Source of the DNA: Anaeromyxobacteraceae bacterium
Lineage (GTDB): Bacteria > Myxococcota > Myxococcia > Myxococcales > Anaeromyxobacteraceae
NCBI GenBank assembly: GCA_047602405.1
Contig: JASGHJ010000002.1
Location: 3,072,001-3,136,000, forward strand
Direction of reading: 5' to 3'
DNA length: 64,000 bases
Shown: positions 19,284 through 29,863 of the stretch, piece after piece
Layout of the letters: every line of letters begins with the position of its first letter
Numbering within the stretch: the stretch's first letter is position 1
Translations under genes and position numbers: made by a program
Notes under the pieces: model-generated
Databases searched by the model: none
Told to the model about the DNA's origin: nothing
The model's input: only the letters and a program-made list of their open reading frames with translations

Positions 19284-20324
19284 CTACTTCCAGGAGTACG
19301 CGTGGACGGCGTCGACGACCGCCTTCACGGTCTCCGTCGGCGTCCCCGGCTGGATGCCGTGGCCGAGGTTGAAGACGTAGCCCGGCGCGGTGCCGGCTTC
19401 ACGGCAGATGGCGAGCGCCCGCTCGACCGCGGCCTCCTTCGGGCCGAGCAGCAGGGTCGAGTCGAGGTTGCCCTGGAACGCGAGCTCCGGGGCGAGCGCG
19501 CGGGCCTCGCCGATCGGCATGCGCCAGTCGATCGAGATGACGTCGAACCCGAGCCCCGCGAGCCGGCGGATGTGCCCGGTCGTGCCGGTCGAGAAGAAGA
19601 TCGCGGGGACGCCCGCCTTCTTCACGGCCTCGGCGATGCGGGCGAGGTACGGGAAGCTGAACCGCTCGAGGTCCTCGCGGTCGAGCTCGCCGAGCCAGCT
19701 CTCGAAGATCTGGGCGGCCTCCGCGCCGGCGTCGATCTGCGCCTGGATCTGGACGATGGCGGCCTGGGTCAGCTTCTCGAAGAGCGCGTGCGCCGTCTGC
19801 GGCTCGGCGTAGAGCATCGTCTTGAGGCGCGTGAAGCCCTGGCTGCCGCCCTCGACCGCGTAGGACGCCACCGTGAACGGGCCGCCCACGAAGCCGATGA
19901 GCGGGACGCGGCCCGCGAGGCCGGCCTTGATGGCGCGGACGCCGTCGAGGACGTACGGGAGGTCGCGCCTCGGGTCGGGGATCTTGAGCGCCTCGACGTC
20001 GGCGCGGGAGCGGACCGGGTTCGCGATCTTCGGGCCGCCGTCGCCCTTGCCCTTCTCGCCCTTCTCGAACGTGAGGTCGAGGCCCATCGCCGGGAGGTGG
20101 ACGAGGATGTCCGAGAAGAGGATGGCGGCGTCGAAGCCGAACTCGTCGATGGGCGCGCAGGTGACCTGCGCGATGAGCTCCGGCGAGCGGCACAGCTCGA
20201 GGAAGCCGACCTTCTCGCGGACGGCGCGGTAGGAGGGCTGGTAGCGCCCGGCCTGGCGCATCATCCAGACGGGGAGACGATCGACGGGCTGGCGGCGGCA
20301 GGCCGCGAGAAAGCGGTGGGTCAT
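19284..20324 (-). CDS. hemE: Uroporphyrinogen decarboxylase
   Basis: PVWMMRQAGRY, DAAILFSDIL, QGNLD, FNLGHGI. Confidence 0.97.
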   Translation of the reverse strand: MTHRFLAACRRQPVDRLPVWMMRQAGRYQPSYRAVREKVGFLELCRSPELIAQVTCAPIDEFGFDAAILFSDILVHLPAMGLDLTFEKGEKGKGDGGPKIANPVRSRADVEALKIPDPRRDLPYVLDGVRAIKAGLAGRVPLIGFVGGPFTVASYAVEGGSQGFTRLKTMLYAEPQTAHALFEKLTQAAIVQIQAQIDAGAEAAQIFESWLGELDREDLERFSFPYLARIAEAVKKAGVPAIFFSTGTTGHIRRLAGLGFDVISIDWRMPIGEARALAPELAFQGNLDSTLLLGPKEAAVERALAICREAGTAPGYVFNLGHGIQPGTPTETVKAVVDAVHAYSWK

Positions 20325-20436
20325 GAGGGGGCGCATCCTACTGCAAGTGCCTCCCCGATCGCACCCGGATGGCCGGGCGTTTTGCCGCGCGCCCGCGCAG
20401 GTTTTTCGCGAGCGGGAACCGACCCTTTGCCGCCGC

Positions 20437-20673
20437 TCACCCGCCCCCGGGCCGCCCCGCCGCCACCCACAGCAGCGCCGCGCCGAAGGCGATCATGAGC
20501 CCTCCCCACGCGAGGAGCCCCACCCCGCCGAGCGTGACCCACGGGCCGCGGCGGTAGCTCCGGCCCTGCACGACCAGCGGCCGGCCGCGCAGCGTCCCGA
20601 CGCCGCGGGCGAGGGTGGCGAGGCCGGGGCCGACGAGCAGCACCGCGGCGAGGACCAGCGCGACCTTGCCCAC
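20437..20673 (-). CDS. Small hypothetical membrane protein (2 TM)
   Basis: 78 aa with two hydrophobic stretches; abuts the DUF167 stop. Confidence 0.55.
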   Translation of the reverse strand: MGKVALVLAAVLLVGPGLATLARGVGTLRGRPLVVQGRSYRRGPWVTLGGVGLLAWGGLMIAFGAALLWVAAGRPGGG

Positions 20674-20973
20674 CTACCCACCCTCCCCGAGCGCCGCCTC
20701 GACCGCCGCCGCGGCGACGCCCTCGACATGGATCGACTTGCGCTTCCCGGTCTCGCCGCGCAGGAGCGCGAGCGCGGTCCGGCGCACGCCGAGCGCGTCC
20801 GCGAGGAACGCGAGCAGGGCCTCGTTGGCCGCGCCGTCGACCGGCGGCGCCGCGAGCTGGAGCTTGAGGCGCCCGTCGTGCTCGCCGACCACCCGGGTGC
20901 GCGAGGCGCGCGGGACCACCACCACCTCGAGCACGGCGCCGCCGCGCTCGTCGCGCACCCAGCCGGCCGCCAC
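20674..20973 (-). CDS. DUF167/YggU family protein
   Basis: VVPRASR...[18 protein letters not shown]...GETGKRK. Confidence 0.88.
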   Translation of the reverse strand: MAAGWVRDERGGAVLEVVVVPRASRTRVVGEHDGRLKLQLAAPPVDGAANEALLAFLADALGVRRTALALLRGETGKRKSIHVEGVAAAAVEAALGEGG

Positions 20974-20975
20974 GG

Positions 20976-21785
20976 TCAGCCCTCGAGCCCGAGGAGCACG
21001 ATCTTCGCCCGGTCGGCCTTCTCGATCATGCGCGCCTCGTCCATGACGAGCGTGTGGCCCGCCTCGACCGCGAGCACCCGGCCGGCCGCCGCGCGGAGCG
21101 ACTCGACCGTGTCCGGGCCAACGGCGGGCAGGTCGAAGCGGCGGTCCTGCTGCGGCTTCACCGCCTTCACCACGGTGAACCCGCCGCTCTTCGCGAGCTC
21201 GCCCCCGCGGCGGATGCACGCGTCGGTGCCCTCGAGCGCCTCGACCGCGAGCGCGACGCGGTCCTTCACGCAGACCGTCTGGCCGAGATCGAGCCGGCCG
21301 ATGCCGCGGGCGAGCTCGAGGCCGTAGCGCGCGTCGGCGGCCTCGTCCTCGGTCGGCCGGTGCTTCCCGAGCACGCCGGCGCGGGCGAGCCGGTCGGCGA
21401 GGTACGGGGTCGGGTCGACCACCGGCAGCCCCTCCTCGTCGAGGAACCGCGCGAAGCCGGAGAGCAGGTTGTCGTCGGAGCGCACCGCGATGCGGGCGAT
21501 GACCTTGAGGCCGGTCGCGTCGAGCATCGCGTCGGCGAAGAAGCGCTTCTTCGTGATGGCGCCGAGCATCACGGTCGAGGTCGCGCCGCCCTTGCGCAGG
21601 GCCTCGAGCACGTGGCCGATCTGCCCGAGCTTCACCCAGGTGAAGGCGTCGACCACCGCCTCGAGCGCGGGGTCGGTCTCGTTCCGGTGCGCGACCGCGA
21701 CGACCCGGTGCCCGGCCCTCCGGGCGCTCTCGGCGAAGAGGATCGGGAAGCGCCCCCCGCCCGCGATGAGGCCGATGGTCGCCAC
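20976..21785 (-). CDS. lpxI: UDP-2,3-diacylglucosamine hydrolase LpxI
   Basis: [44 protein letters not shown]; follows lpxA. Confidence 0.93.
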   Translation of the reverse strand: MATIGLIAGGGRFPILFAESARRAGHRVVAVAHRNETDPALEAVVDAFTWVKLGQIGHVLEALRKGGATSTVMLGAITKKRFFADAMLDATGLKVIARIAVRSDDNLLSGFARFLDEEGLPVVDPTPYLADRLARAGVLGKHRPTEDEAADARYGLELARGIGRLDLGQTVCVKDRVALAVEALEGTDACIRRGGELAKSGGFTVVKAVKPQQDRRFDLPAVGPDTVESLRAAAGRVLAVEAGHTLVMDEARMIEKADRAKIVLLGLEG

Positions 21786-21794
21786 GGCGCGGCC

Positions 21795-22569
21795 CTACCG
21801 CGTGACGCCCCGCTGCGTGCCCTTCAGGAACGCGACGAGGTGCGCGATCTCGGGGTGCGCGGCGAGCTCCTTCTCGAGCTCGGCGATCGCCTCCGCGAGG
21901 CCGAGGCCGGAGCGGAACACGATTCTTGTAGGCCTGCTTCACGCGGGCGAGCTGCTCCTCGCCGAAGCCCGCCCGCTGCAGGCCGACCGTGTTGAGGCCG
22001 CCGAGCTCCGCGCGGGGACCCGCCACCGTGGTGTACGGCGCGACGTCCATCGTGACGCCGGTGAGGCCCGAGACGAACGAGAGCCGGCCGATGCGCACGA
22101 ACTGGTGCACGGCGGCGAGGCCGGAGAGGTGCACGTGGTCCTCGATCGTCACGTGCCCGGCGAGCGCCACCGAGTTCGCGACGATCGCGCCGTCGGCGAT
22201 GCGGCAGTCGTGCCCGACGTGGCTGTTCGCCATGAACAGGCCGCCCGACCCGATGACCGTGACGCCGCCGCCGCCGACCGTGCCGAGGTTCACCGTCGCG
22301 TACTCGCGGAAGGTGTTCCGGTCGCCGATCTCGAGGCGGGTGGGCTCGCCCCGGTACTTGAGATCCTGGGGCACGCCGCCGAGGGCCGCGAACGGGAAGA
22401 TCCGGTTCTGCTTGCCGAGGGTGGTGTGGCCCGAGACGACGGCGTGGGCGCCGACGGAGGTCCCGGCGCCGAGCTTCACGTTCGCGCCGACGACGGCGTA
22501 GGGGCCGATCTCGCAGCTCGGATCGACTTCGGCCCCGGCCTCGACGATGGCGGTGGGGTGGATGGCCAT
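21795..22569 (-). CDS. lpxA: UDP-N-acetylglucosamine acyltransferase (frameshift at 21921-21925, probable sequence error)
   Basis: MAIHPTAIV, hexapeptide repeats, [24 protein letters not shown]; corrected C-terminus ...[11 protein letters not shown]. Confidence 0.95.
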
Positions 22570-22582
22570 TCGGTGCTCCCCG

Positions 22583-23059
22583 TCAGGGCTTCGGTGGATC
22601 TGCGAGCATGGCCATGAAGTCGGCCTCGGCGACGAGCTCGCCGTCGACCTTGGCCTCGCCGCGCTCCTTCCAGACCGCGCCCTTGCCCTTCACGATCTCG
22701 ACGACGAGCTCGAGCCGGTCGCCCGGCACGACCGGCTTGCGGAAGCGCGCGCCGTCGATGCCCATCAGGTAGGTGATCTTGTTCGCGCCCTGCGCCGGAT
22801 CCATCGACTTCATGGCGAGCAGCCCGGCGGCCTGGGCGAGGGCCTCGAGGATGAGCACGCCCGGCATCACCGGGTGCCCGGGGAAGTGCCCCGGGAAGAA
22901 CGGCTCGTTCATCGTGACCGACTTCCACGCGACGAGGCGCTTGCCCGGCTCGAGCTCCACCACCCGGTCGACGAGCAGGAACGGCGGGCGGTGCGGCAAC
23001 AGCCGCATGATCTCCTCGATGTCGAGGACGGGCTTCTTCTTGCCGGCGGCGTCGTTCAC
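22583..23059 (-). CDS. fabZ: 3-hydroxyacyl-ACP dehydratase
   Basis: [49 protein letters not shown]. Confidence 0.97.
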   Translation of the reverse strand: MNDAAGKKKPVLDIEEIMRLLPHRPPFLLVDRVVELEPGKRLVAWKSVTMNEPFFPGHFPGHPVMPGVLILEALAQAAGLLAMKSMDPAQGANKITYLMGIDGARFRKPVVPGDRLELVVEIVKGKGAVWKERGEAKVDGELVAEADFMAMLADPPKP

Positions 23060-24147
23060 GGCTTCTCCTTGCTGGCGTCGCCCGCGGGCTTCGGCTCGTC
23101 CCCGGGGGCGCCGCCGAGCGCGGCGACCTGCTTCTGGAGCGCGCGGAGCTCGCGGCGCATCTCGGTGAGGCGGTTGAAGACCGCCGCGTTGCGGGCCCAG
23201 GTGACGTCGGGGCTGGACGGCGAGCCGGCCACGCGGGCGCCCGGCTCGAGGTCGCCCTGGACGCCGGCCTGCGCCGCGATGTTGGCGCGGTCGCCGATGG
23301 TGACGTGGCCGACGATGCCGGCCTGGCCCCAGACCGCGACGCCCATCCCGAGCTTCGTCGAGCCGGAGATGCCGGCCTGCGACGCGATGATGCAGAGCGG
23401 CCCGATCTGCACGTTGTGGGCGACCTGCACGAGGTTGTCGAGCTTGGCGCCGCGGCCGATGCGGGTCGAGCCGAGCGCGGCCCGGTCGACCGTGGAGTTC
23501 GCGCCGATCTCGACGTCGTCCTCGACGACCACGTTCCCGACCTGCGGGATCTTGTAGTGGCGCGGCCCCCGCCCCTCGCCCTCGAGGTCGAGCGCGAAGC
23601 CGAAGCCGTCCGAGCCGATCACGCAGCCCGGCTGGAGGATCACCCGGTCGCCGAGGGCGCACTGCTCGCGCACGACCACGTTCGCGTACAGCAGGCAGTC
23701 GGCGCCGATCCGCGCGTCCGCGCCGACGTGGACGCCGGGGTGCAGGATGGTCCGCGGGCCGACCACGGCACCCGGCCCGACCGAGGCGAGCGGGTACACC
23801 TGGGCGGAGGGATCCACCCGAGCCGTCGGGTGGACCGACGCGCCGGGCGCGACGCCGGGCACGGCGGCCGGGGGCGGGTGGAAGAAGGTCTGGAGCTTCG
23901 CGAAGGCGAGGTACGCGTTCGGCGCGCGGACGACGGTCCGGCCGGCCGGGACCTGCTCGCCCGGCTCGACCAGCACCGCGCCGGCCCTCGAGGCGAGGAA
24001 CGCCTCGCGGTACTTCTTGTTCGAGAAGAAGGAGAGGTGCGCGGGCCCCGCCTGCTCGAGGGCGGCGACGCCCTCGACGACGAGGGCACCGTCGCCCTCC
24101 ACCTCGCCGCCGACGCGGGCGGCGAGCTCGCGGAGCGGGACGCCCAC
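23056..24147 (-). CDS. lpxD: UDP-3-O-acyl-glucosamine N-acyltransferase
   Basis: IGSDGFGF, KIPQVGNVVVEDDVEIGANSTVDR, KLDNLVQVAHNV. Confidence 0.97.
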   Translation of the reverse strand: MGVPLRELAARVGGEVEGDGALVVEGVAALEQAGPAHLSFFSNKKYREAFLASRAGAVLVEPGEQVPAGRTVVRAPNAYLAFAKLQTFFHPPPAAVPGVAPGASVHPTARVDPSAQVYPLASVGPGAVVGPRTILHPGVHVGADARIGADCLLYANVVVREQCALGDRVILQPGCVIGSDGFGFALDLEGEGRGPRHYKIPQVGNVVVEDDVEIGANSTVDRAALGSTRIGRGAKLDNLVQVAHNVQIGPLCIIASQAGISGSTKLGMGVAVWGQAGIVGHVTIGDRANIAAQAGVQGDLEPGARVAGSPSSPDVTWARNAAVFNRLTEMRRELRALQKQVAALGGAPGDEPKPAGDASKEKP

Positions 24148-24149
24148 GG

Positions 24150-24770
24150 CTACTTCTTGTCGCCCGCGGGGGCGGACGGCTTCGCCTTGTCGCCCGCCGG
24201 CGCGGCGGGCTTGGCCGGGGAGGCCTTCCCCTTCGCGGCGGCCGCGGCCGGGGCGGCGCCGGTCGAGGGGTGCTTCCCGTTGTACTTGCGGATGAGCTCG
24301 TTCGTGAGGTCGAGCGACGGCTGCGCGTACACGAGCGAGCGGTCCTCGATCACCATCGCGAAGCCGTCGGCCTCGGCGATCTCCTTCACGATGACGCGCA
24401 TCTTGGCGTAGATGCCGCCGGTCATCTCCTGCTCGCGGTTCGCGAGGTCGCCCTGGAGCTGCTGGTAGATCCGCTGCAGCTCGACCATCCGGCGCTGGAG
24501 ATCGGTCGCCTTGTCGCGCTTGGCGCCCTCGGAGAGCACCTGCTGCTGCTTCTCGAACTCGGCGTTGAGCTTCTCGAACTCGGCCTTGCGGCCGTCGAGC
24601 TGCTTCTGCTTCTCCTCGAAGTCCCGCTTGAGGAGCGCCTTCGCGGCCTTGCCCTCGTCGACCTCGTTGAGGGCGCGCTGCAGGTCGACGTAGCCGAGCT
24701 TCACCTGGGCCGCGGCGGGCGTGGCGGCGAGCGCCAGGCCGAGCGCGGCGATGCGGAGCGTGAGGGTCAT
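24150..24770 (-). CDS. skp: OmpH/Skp periplasmic chaperone
   Basis: Signal peptide, KLGYVDLQRAL, coiled coil, DLTNELI; bamA-skp-lpxD synteny. Confidence 0.93.
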   Translation of the reverse strand: MTLTLRIAALGLALAATPAAAQVKLGYVDLQRALNEVDEGKAAKALLKRDFEEKQKQLDGRKAEFEKLNAEFEKQQQVLSEGAKRDKATDLQRRMVELQRIYQQLQGDLANREQEMTGGIYAKMRVIVKEIAEADGFAMVIEDRSLVYAQPSLDLTNELIRKYNGKHPSTGAAPAAAAAKGKASPAKPAAPAGDKAKPSAPAGDKK

Positions 24771-24793
24771 GACGTTCGATCTCTCCAACGGGA

Positions 24794-27205
24794 TCAGAAG
24801 AAGTTGCCGATCGTGAACTGGAAGTCCAGGGCGTTGTCCAGGTAGACGTTCGTGGACGGATCCTTGCGGCGGTCGAGCGGGATGCCCCACTCGAACCGGA
24901 GCGGACCCACCGGCGAGACCCACCGGAAGCCGAAGCCGACCGAGCGGTAGAGATCCTTCTCGTACGGCTGCCGCTCGTACTTGGACGCCTTGTAGGCCCA
25001 GGCGTTGCCGGCGTCGAAGAAGACCACGCCGCGCACGCCCACCTTCTCGATGAGCGGGAACTCGAGCTCGGTGTTGAGCACCGCGTTCCAGTCGCCGCCG
25101 GCGGTGAAGATGCCGAGCGCGCTCTGGGGGTCGCCCTTCGTCCCGCCGATGCGGCGGCTGGGCGAGATCGAGAAGTACCGGTAGCCGCGGATCGAGTTGA
25201 TGCCGCCCACGTAGTAGAGCTCGGAGATGGGCGGCTGGTGGGTCGCGTCCCAGGCGCGGATGGCGCCGAGGGTCAGGCGCCCGCGGGCGATCAGGCCGTC
25301 GAAGAAGACGGGCCGGTAGCCGCGCAGCTCGAGCGCGTAGCGGGTGAAGAGGATCACGCTCCCGAACACCTTCTCGGGCGCGAGCAGCGGCGGCGCGACC
25401 TCGGCGCTCGCGCTCGCGAACCAGCCGCGGGTCGCGAAGATGCGGTTGTCGCGCTTGTCGACCTGGAGCGAGAGGCGGAACGAGCTCGTGGTGCCGCCGG
25501 AGAGCTGGTTCGCGAGCGTGGTCGAGGTCGTGCCGGTGACGTTGACGCGCTCGTTCGTGTAGGTGCCGATGAGGCGGACGTCCTCGAGGTGCCGCGCGAA
25601 GCTCCACCAGGGCTCGAGGCCGTTCAGCTCGTAACCCCAGGTCAGGGAGCCGCCGACCGTCCGGCGGGTGAAGTTCGTGTAGACGCCCTCGGTCGCGTAG
25701 ATGTCGAAGGCGAAGGTCCACTTCGTGTCGAGGAAGTACGGCTCGATGAACTGGATCTGCCCGAGCTGGCGGACCGACGACCACTGCACCTGCAGCGAGA
25801 GCGTCTGGCCCCAGCCGAAGAAGTTCTGCTGCGAGATCTGGCCGGTGAGGACGAAGTTCTCGTAGGAGGAGAAGCCCGCGCCCACCTGGAAGGTGCCGGT
25901 GGCGCGCTCCTTCACCTCGACCACCGCCACGATCTTGTCGTCGGCGGAGCCGGGCTTGGTGGTGATCTCGACGGTCTCGAAGTAGCCGAGCGCGGTCACC
26001 CGCTGCTTCGACACCTTGATGCCGGTGCCGGAGTAGAGCTCGCCCTCGTAGACGCGCATCTCGCGCCGGATGACCTTGTCCCGGGTCTTCTCGTTCCCGA
26101 TGACGTCGATCCGCTCGAACTTCACGCGGACGCCGGGCTGGACGTTGTAGTCGATGTCGATGGTGCGCTTCGCGGCGTCGGTGTTGGTGATGGGCGTGAC
26201 GTTCGCGTACGCGTAGCCGAGGTCCTTGTAGACGTCGGTGACCGCGAACAGGTCCTGGCCGACCCGGGAGCGGACGAAGCCGTCGCCCGCCTTCGACCTC
26301 ACCACCCGCGGCAGCACCGCCCCCATGTCGAGCAGCTGCCCGGAGAACTTCACGTTGCCGATGGTGTAGGGCTCGCCCTCCTCGATCGGGATGGTGATGT
26401 AGATCCACTTCCGGTCGGCGGAGAGGGACACGGTGGGCTTGCCCACCTTCACGAGCACGTAGCCGCGGTCGAGGTAGACGGCGCTCACGGCCTGGAGGTC
26501 GTGCTCGAACGCGTCCTCCTTGAACGTCCCCATCGACGTGAGGCCGGAGAAGTAGTTCCCCGGCCGCGTCTGCATGTACTGGAGGATGTCCTCGTCGGAG
26601 ATGTGGTCGTTGCCGACGAAGCGCACGTCCTTCACGAGGACCTTGGCCTTCTCGTCGATCGTGTAGACGACGTCGACCTGGTTCTCGGGCTTCGGCACGA
26701 TGCGGTAGCCGACCTCGGCGAGGTAGTACCCCTTCTCGACGTACTTCTCCTGGATCTTCTTCACGTCCTTCTGGACGCGCGCGAGATCGAGGAGGTCGAA
26801 GGGCTTGAGCTCGATGGTGTCCTTGAGGTCGTCGTTCGTGAGCTCGTCGTTCCCCTCGTGCTTCACCTCGGCGATCGTGGGCCGCTCGGTGACGACGTAG
26901 ACGAGCACCGGGGCGGTCTTCGGCCCCTCGAGGCGCGCCACCACGTCCGCGAAGTAGCCCAGCTTCATGAGCGCCTTCACGTCCTTCGCGACCGCCTTCG
27001 GGTCGTAGGTCGCGCCCTTCTTCTGGGAGACGGCCCCGCGGACGACGTCCACCTCGACGCGGCGGTTGCCCTCCACGCGCACGTCGGCGAGCTTCGCGCC
27101 CTCCGCCGGCCTGGCATCGGGCGCGAGCTGGGCGAGCGCGGCGGCGGGCGCGAGGGCGACACAGAGCGCCAGGAGGGCGCCCCGGATGAGGGTGACGGAG
27201 CTCAC
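24794..27205 (-). CDS. bamA: Outer membrane protein assembly factor BamA
   Basis: Signal peptide, multiple POTRA repeats (VEGNRRV, GNEKTRDKVIRRE), IRGY, WVSPVGPLRF, terminal FQFTIGNFF; start approximate. Confidence 0.95.
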   Translation of the reverse strand: MSSVTLIRGALLALCVALAPAAALAQLAPDARPAEGAKLADVRVEGNRRVEVDVVRGAVSQKKGATYDPKAVAKDVKALMKLGYFADVVARLEGPKTAPVLVYVVTERPTIAEVKHEGNDELTNDDLKDTIELKPFDLLDLARVQKDVKKIQEKYVEKGYYLAEVGYRIVPKPENQVDVVYTIDEKAKVLVKDVRFVGNDHISDEDILQYMQTRPGNYFSGLTSMGTFKEDAFEHDLQAVSAVYLDRGYVLVKVGKPTVSLSADRKWIYITIPIEEGEPYTIGNVKFSGQLLDMGAVLPRVVRSKAGDGFVRSRVGQDLFAVTDVYKDLGYAYANVTPITNTDAAKRTIDIDYNVQPGVRVKFERIDVIGNEKTRDKVIRREMRVYEGELYSGTGIKVSKQRVTALGYFETVEITTKPGSADDKIVAVVEVKERATGTFQVGAGFSSYENFVLTGQISQQNFFGWGQTLSLQVQWSSVRQLGQIQFIEPYFLDTKWTFAFDIYATEGVYTNFTRRTVGGSLTWGYELNGLEPWWSFARHLEDVRLIGTYTNERVNVTGTTSTTLANQLSGGTTSSFRLSLQVDKRDNRIFATRGWFASASAEVAPPLLAPEKVFGSVILFTRYALELRGYRPVFFDGLIARGRLTLGAIRAWDATHQPPISELYYVGGINSIRGYRYFSISPSRRIGGTKGDPQSALGIFTAGGDWNAVLNTELEFPLIEKVGVRGVVFFDAGNAWAYKASKYERQPYEKDLYRSVGFGFRWVSPVGPLRFEWGIPLDRRKDPSTNVYLDNALDFQFTIGNFF

Positions 27206-27255
27206 GAGGCGGGGGAATCTAGACCGGGCCCCGGAAAAGCTCAAACCCGTTTCGG

Positions 27256-27931
27256 TCACGCGAGGCGCCCCTGGTTGAGGTGGAGGCGCCGCGGCAGGGA
27301 CGCCGCCAGCGCCTCGTTGTGGGTGACGACGACCGCGGTGATCCCGAGCTTCTGGTTGAGGTCCACGATGAGCCGGTGGATCCCCTCCGCCGTGGCGGGG
27401 TCGAGGTTGCCGGTGGGCTCGTCGGCGAGGAGGAGCCTGGGCTCGAGGCAGAGCGCCCGCGCGAGCGCGACCCGCTGCTGCTCGCCGCCGGAGAGCTCCC
27501 CGGGGCGGTGCTCGAGGCGCTCCCCGAGCCCGACGACGTCGAGCATCGCGGCGGCCTTCTTCCTCGCCTCCGCCCGCGGCACCCGCCGGATGAGCGCCGG
27601 CATCATGGCGTTCTCGAGCGCGGTGAACTCGGGCAGGAGGTGGTGGCTCTGGAAGACGAGGCCGATGGTCGCGTTCCGGAAGCCCGCGAGCCCCTCCTCC
27701 CCCAGCGTGAACGGGTCGCGCCCGTCGAAGAGGATCCGGCCGCGGGTGGGCACGTCGAGCGTGCCGAGGAGGTGGAGGAAGGTGGTCTTCCCGGCGCCCG
27801 ACGGCCCGGTGAGCGCGAGGAGGTCGCCGGCCTCGATCGTGAGATTCGAGCCCGCGGAGCACCTCGAGGCGCCTTCGGTCCATCGCGTAGGCCTTCTCGA
27901 GCCCCTGGACCTCGATGAACGGGGTGGTCAC
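27256..27931 (-). CDS. lolD: Lipoprotein-releasing ABC ATPase LolD (frameshift at 27843-27847, probable sequence error)
   Basis: GPSGAGKT after correction, [43 protein letters not shown]. Confidence 0.9.
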
Positions 27932-29863
27932 TCGGCCCTCAGGCCGTCGACGGGACGGAGCCGGGCCGCCTTCGTGGCCGGGTAGAGCGTCGCGAGGTAG
28001 GCGATCGCGAGCGCGAGCAGCGCCACGAGGCCGAACTGCCCGGGGTCGATGAGCACCGGCAGGTTGTTGATGTAGTAGACCTCGGGATCGAGCGGGATGC
28101 CGACCCGGTCGACGAACAGGCAGGTGCCGTAGCCGAGGAGCAGGCCGAACCCGGTGCCGACCGCGCCGATGATCACGCCCTCGGCGACGAAGATCTTCAT
28201 GACGCTCGGCACGCCCGCGCCCATCGACTTCAGGATCGCGATCTCGCGCCGCTTCTCGAGCACGAGCATGATGAGCGTCGCGACGATGATGAAGCTCGCG
28301 ACGAGCACGATGAACCCGAGGATCACCGCCATCACCACCTTCTCCATCTGCAGGGCGGAGAAGAGGCTGCGGTTGAGCTCGCTCCAGTCCTTCGCGCGGT
28401 AGGGCCACCCGCCGAGCTCGAAGACGATCCGGCCCATGATCCGCTTCGCCTGGTCGACGTCGGTCACCTGGATCTCGAGGCCGGTGACCTGCTCGCCCGC
28501 GCCGAAGAAGCGCTGCGCCTCGGCGAGGTCCGTGTACGCCCACTTCGAGTCGTACTCGTACATGCCGGTGTAGAACACGGCGGCCACCCGGAACGGCCGG
28601 CTCTTCGGCTGCGGCCCCGCGGGGCCGAGGTCGCCGAGCGGCGAGACGACGTTCACCTCGTCCCCCACCGCGACCCGCAGCGACGCCGCGAGCTCGCGGC
28701 CGATGGCGATCCCCGGGAGGACCTTCCCGCCGGACCCCGGCTCGCCGCCGAGCGGCGCCGTCGGCACCGGGATCTTCTCGGGGTGGCGCAGCCCCTCGAG
28801 GCTGCCGTCCTCGACGTTCCGGGGGAGGTCGGTGACGGTGCCGACCGTGTCGACGTCGATCGCCTCGACCACCGCGCCGGTCAGGTTCTGGCCGGCCGAG
28901 ACCATCACCTCGTTGTAGAGGAACGGCGTCGCGCCCTTCACGCCGGGGACCGCGAGCACCTTCGAGCGCACCTCGCGCCAGTCGCCGAAGTCGTCCTGGC
29001 CGTAGGCGAGCACCATGCCGTGCGCCTTGTGGCCGAGGATCTTCCGCTTCAGGTCCGCCTCGAACCCGCTCATCACGGAGAGCACGACCGTGAGCGCCCA
29101 CACCCCGATCGCGACGCCGCCGATCGAGATGAGCGTCATGAGGAGCGTGGCCGGCATGCCCTTCCCCTCGATGAGCTCGCCCTTGCGGTAGGCGCGGCGC
29201 TGGCGCAGGTCGCGCACGAGGGAGAGGACGAGGAGCACGAGGAGGCCCGGCACGAGCCCGGTCACCACCAGCACGAAGAGCGCGGCGAGCGTGCGGGGGT
29301 CGAGCCTCAGGTGGCTGCGCGCGACGAAGAAGCTCGTAGGAGAGCGAGAGGTCGAGGCGGCCGCCGCCGGCGAGGAGGTAGGCGATGGAGGCGCCCACGA
29401 ACACCGCGATGCCGGAGATGAGGCCCGCGCCGAGCAGCGCGAGGACGAGCACGAGCGTGCCCTGCGCCGCGAGGTTCGCCAGCGTCTCGGAGGCGCCGCG
29501 CAGCGTGGGGAGCCCGAGCACGACGCCCGCGACCGCCGCCGTCCAGAGCAGCCCCGCCGCGGTGAGCTCGTAGAACGCGAGCCGGCGGCCGGCCACGCCG
29601 GCCGCCGCCCCGAGCCCGCCCGCGAGGAGCGCCGCCGCGACCCAGCCCAGGCCGGACGCGAGCGCGCCGGGCAGCGCGAGCCGGTCGGCGAAGAGCGTCT
29701 GGAGCGCCGGCACGCCGAGCGCCCCGCCGAACAGGCCGACGAGCACGAGGAGGAACGGCCCCCACGCGAAGACGGGCGGCGCCGGGTGGCCCGCCTCGGG
29801 CCCCCGCGCCGGGGCGACCCCGACCCCCTCGCCTGCGCGCGTGGCTTCCAAGGGGCTCGTCAA
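27928..29863 (-). CDS. LolC/E-family lipoprotein-releasing permease with N-terminal membrane extension (frameshift near 29330)
   Basis: ISIGGVAIGVWALTVVLSVMSGF, TGMYEYD, EKRREIAILKSMG, ATLYPA.KAA; upstream hydrophobic frame joins after removing one base; TTG overlaps the lysS stop (start uncertain). Confidence 0.82.
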
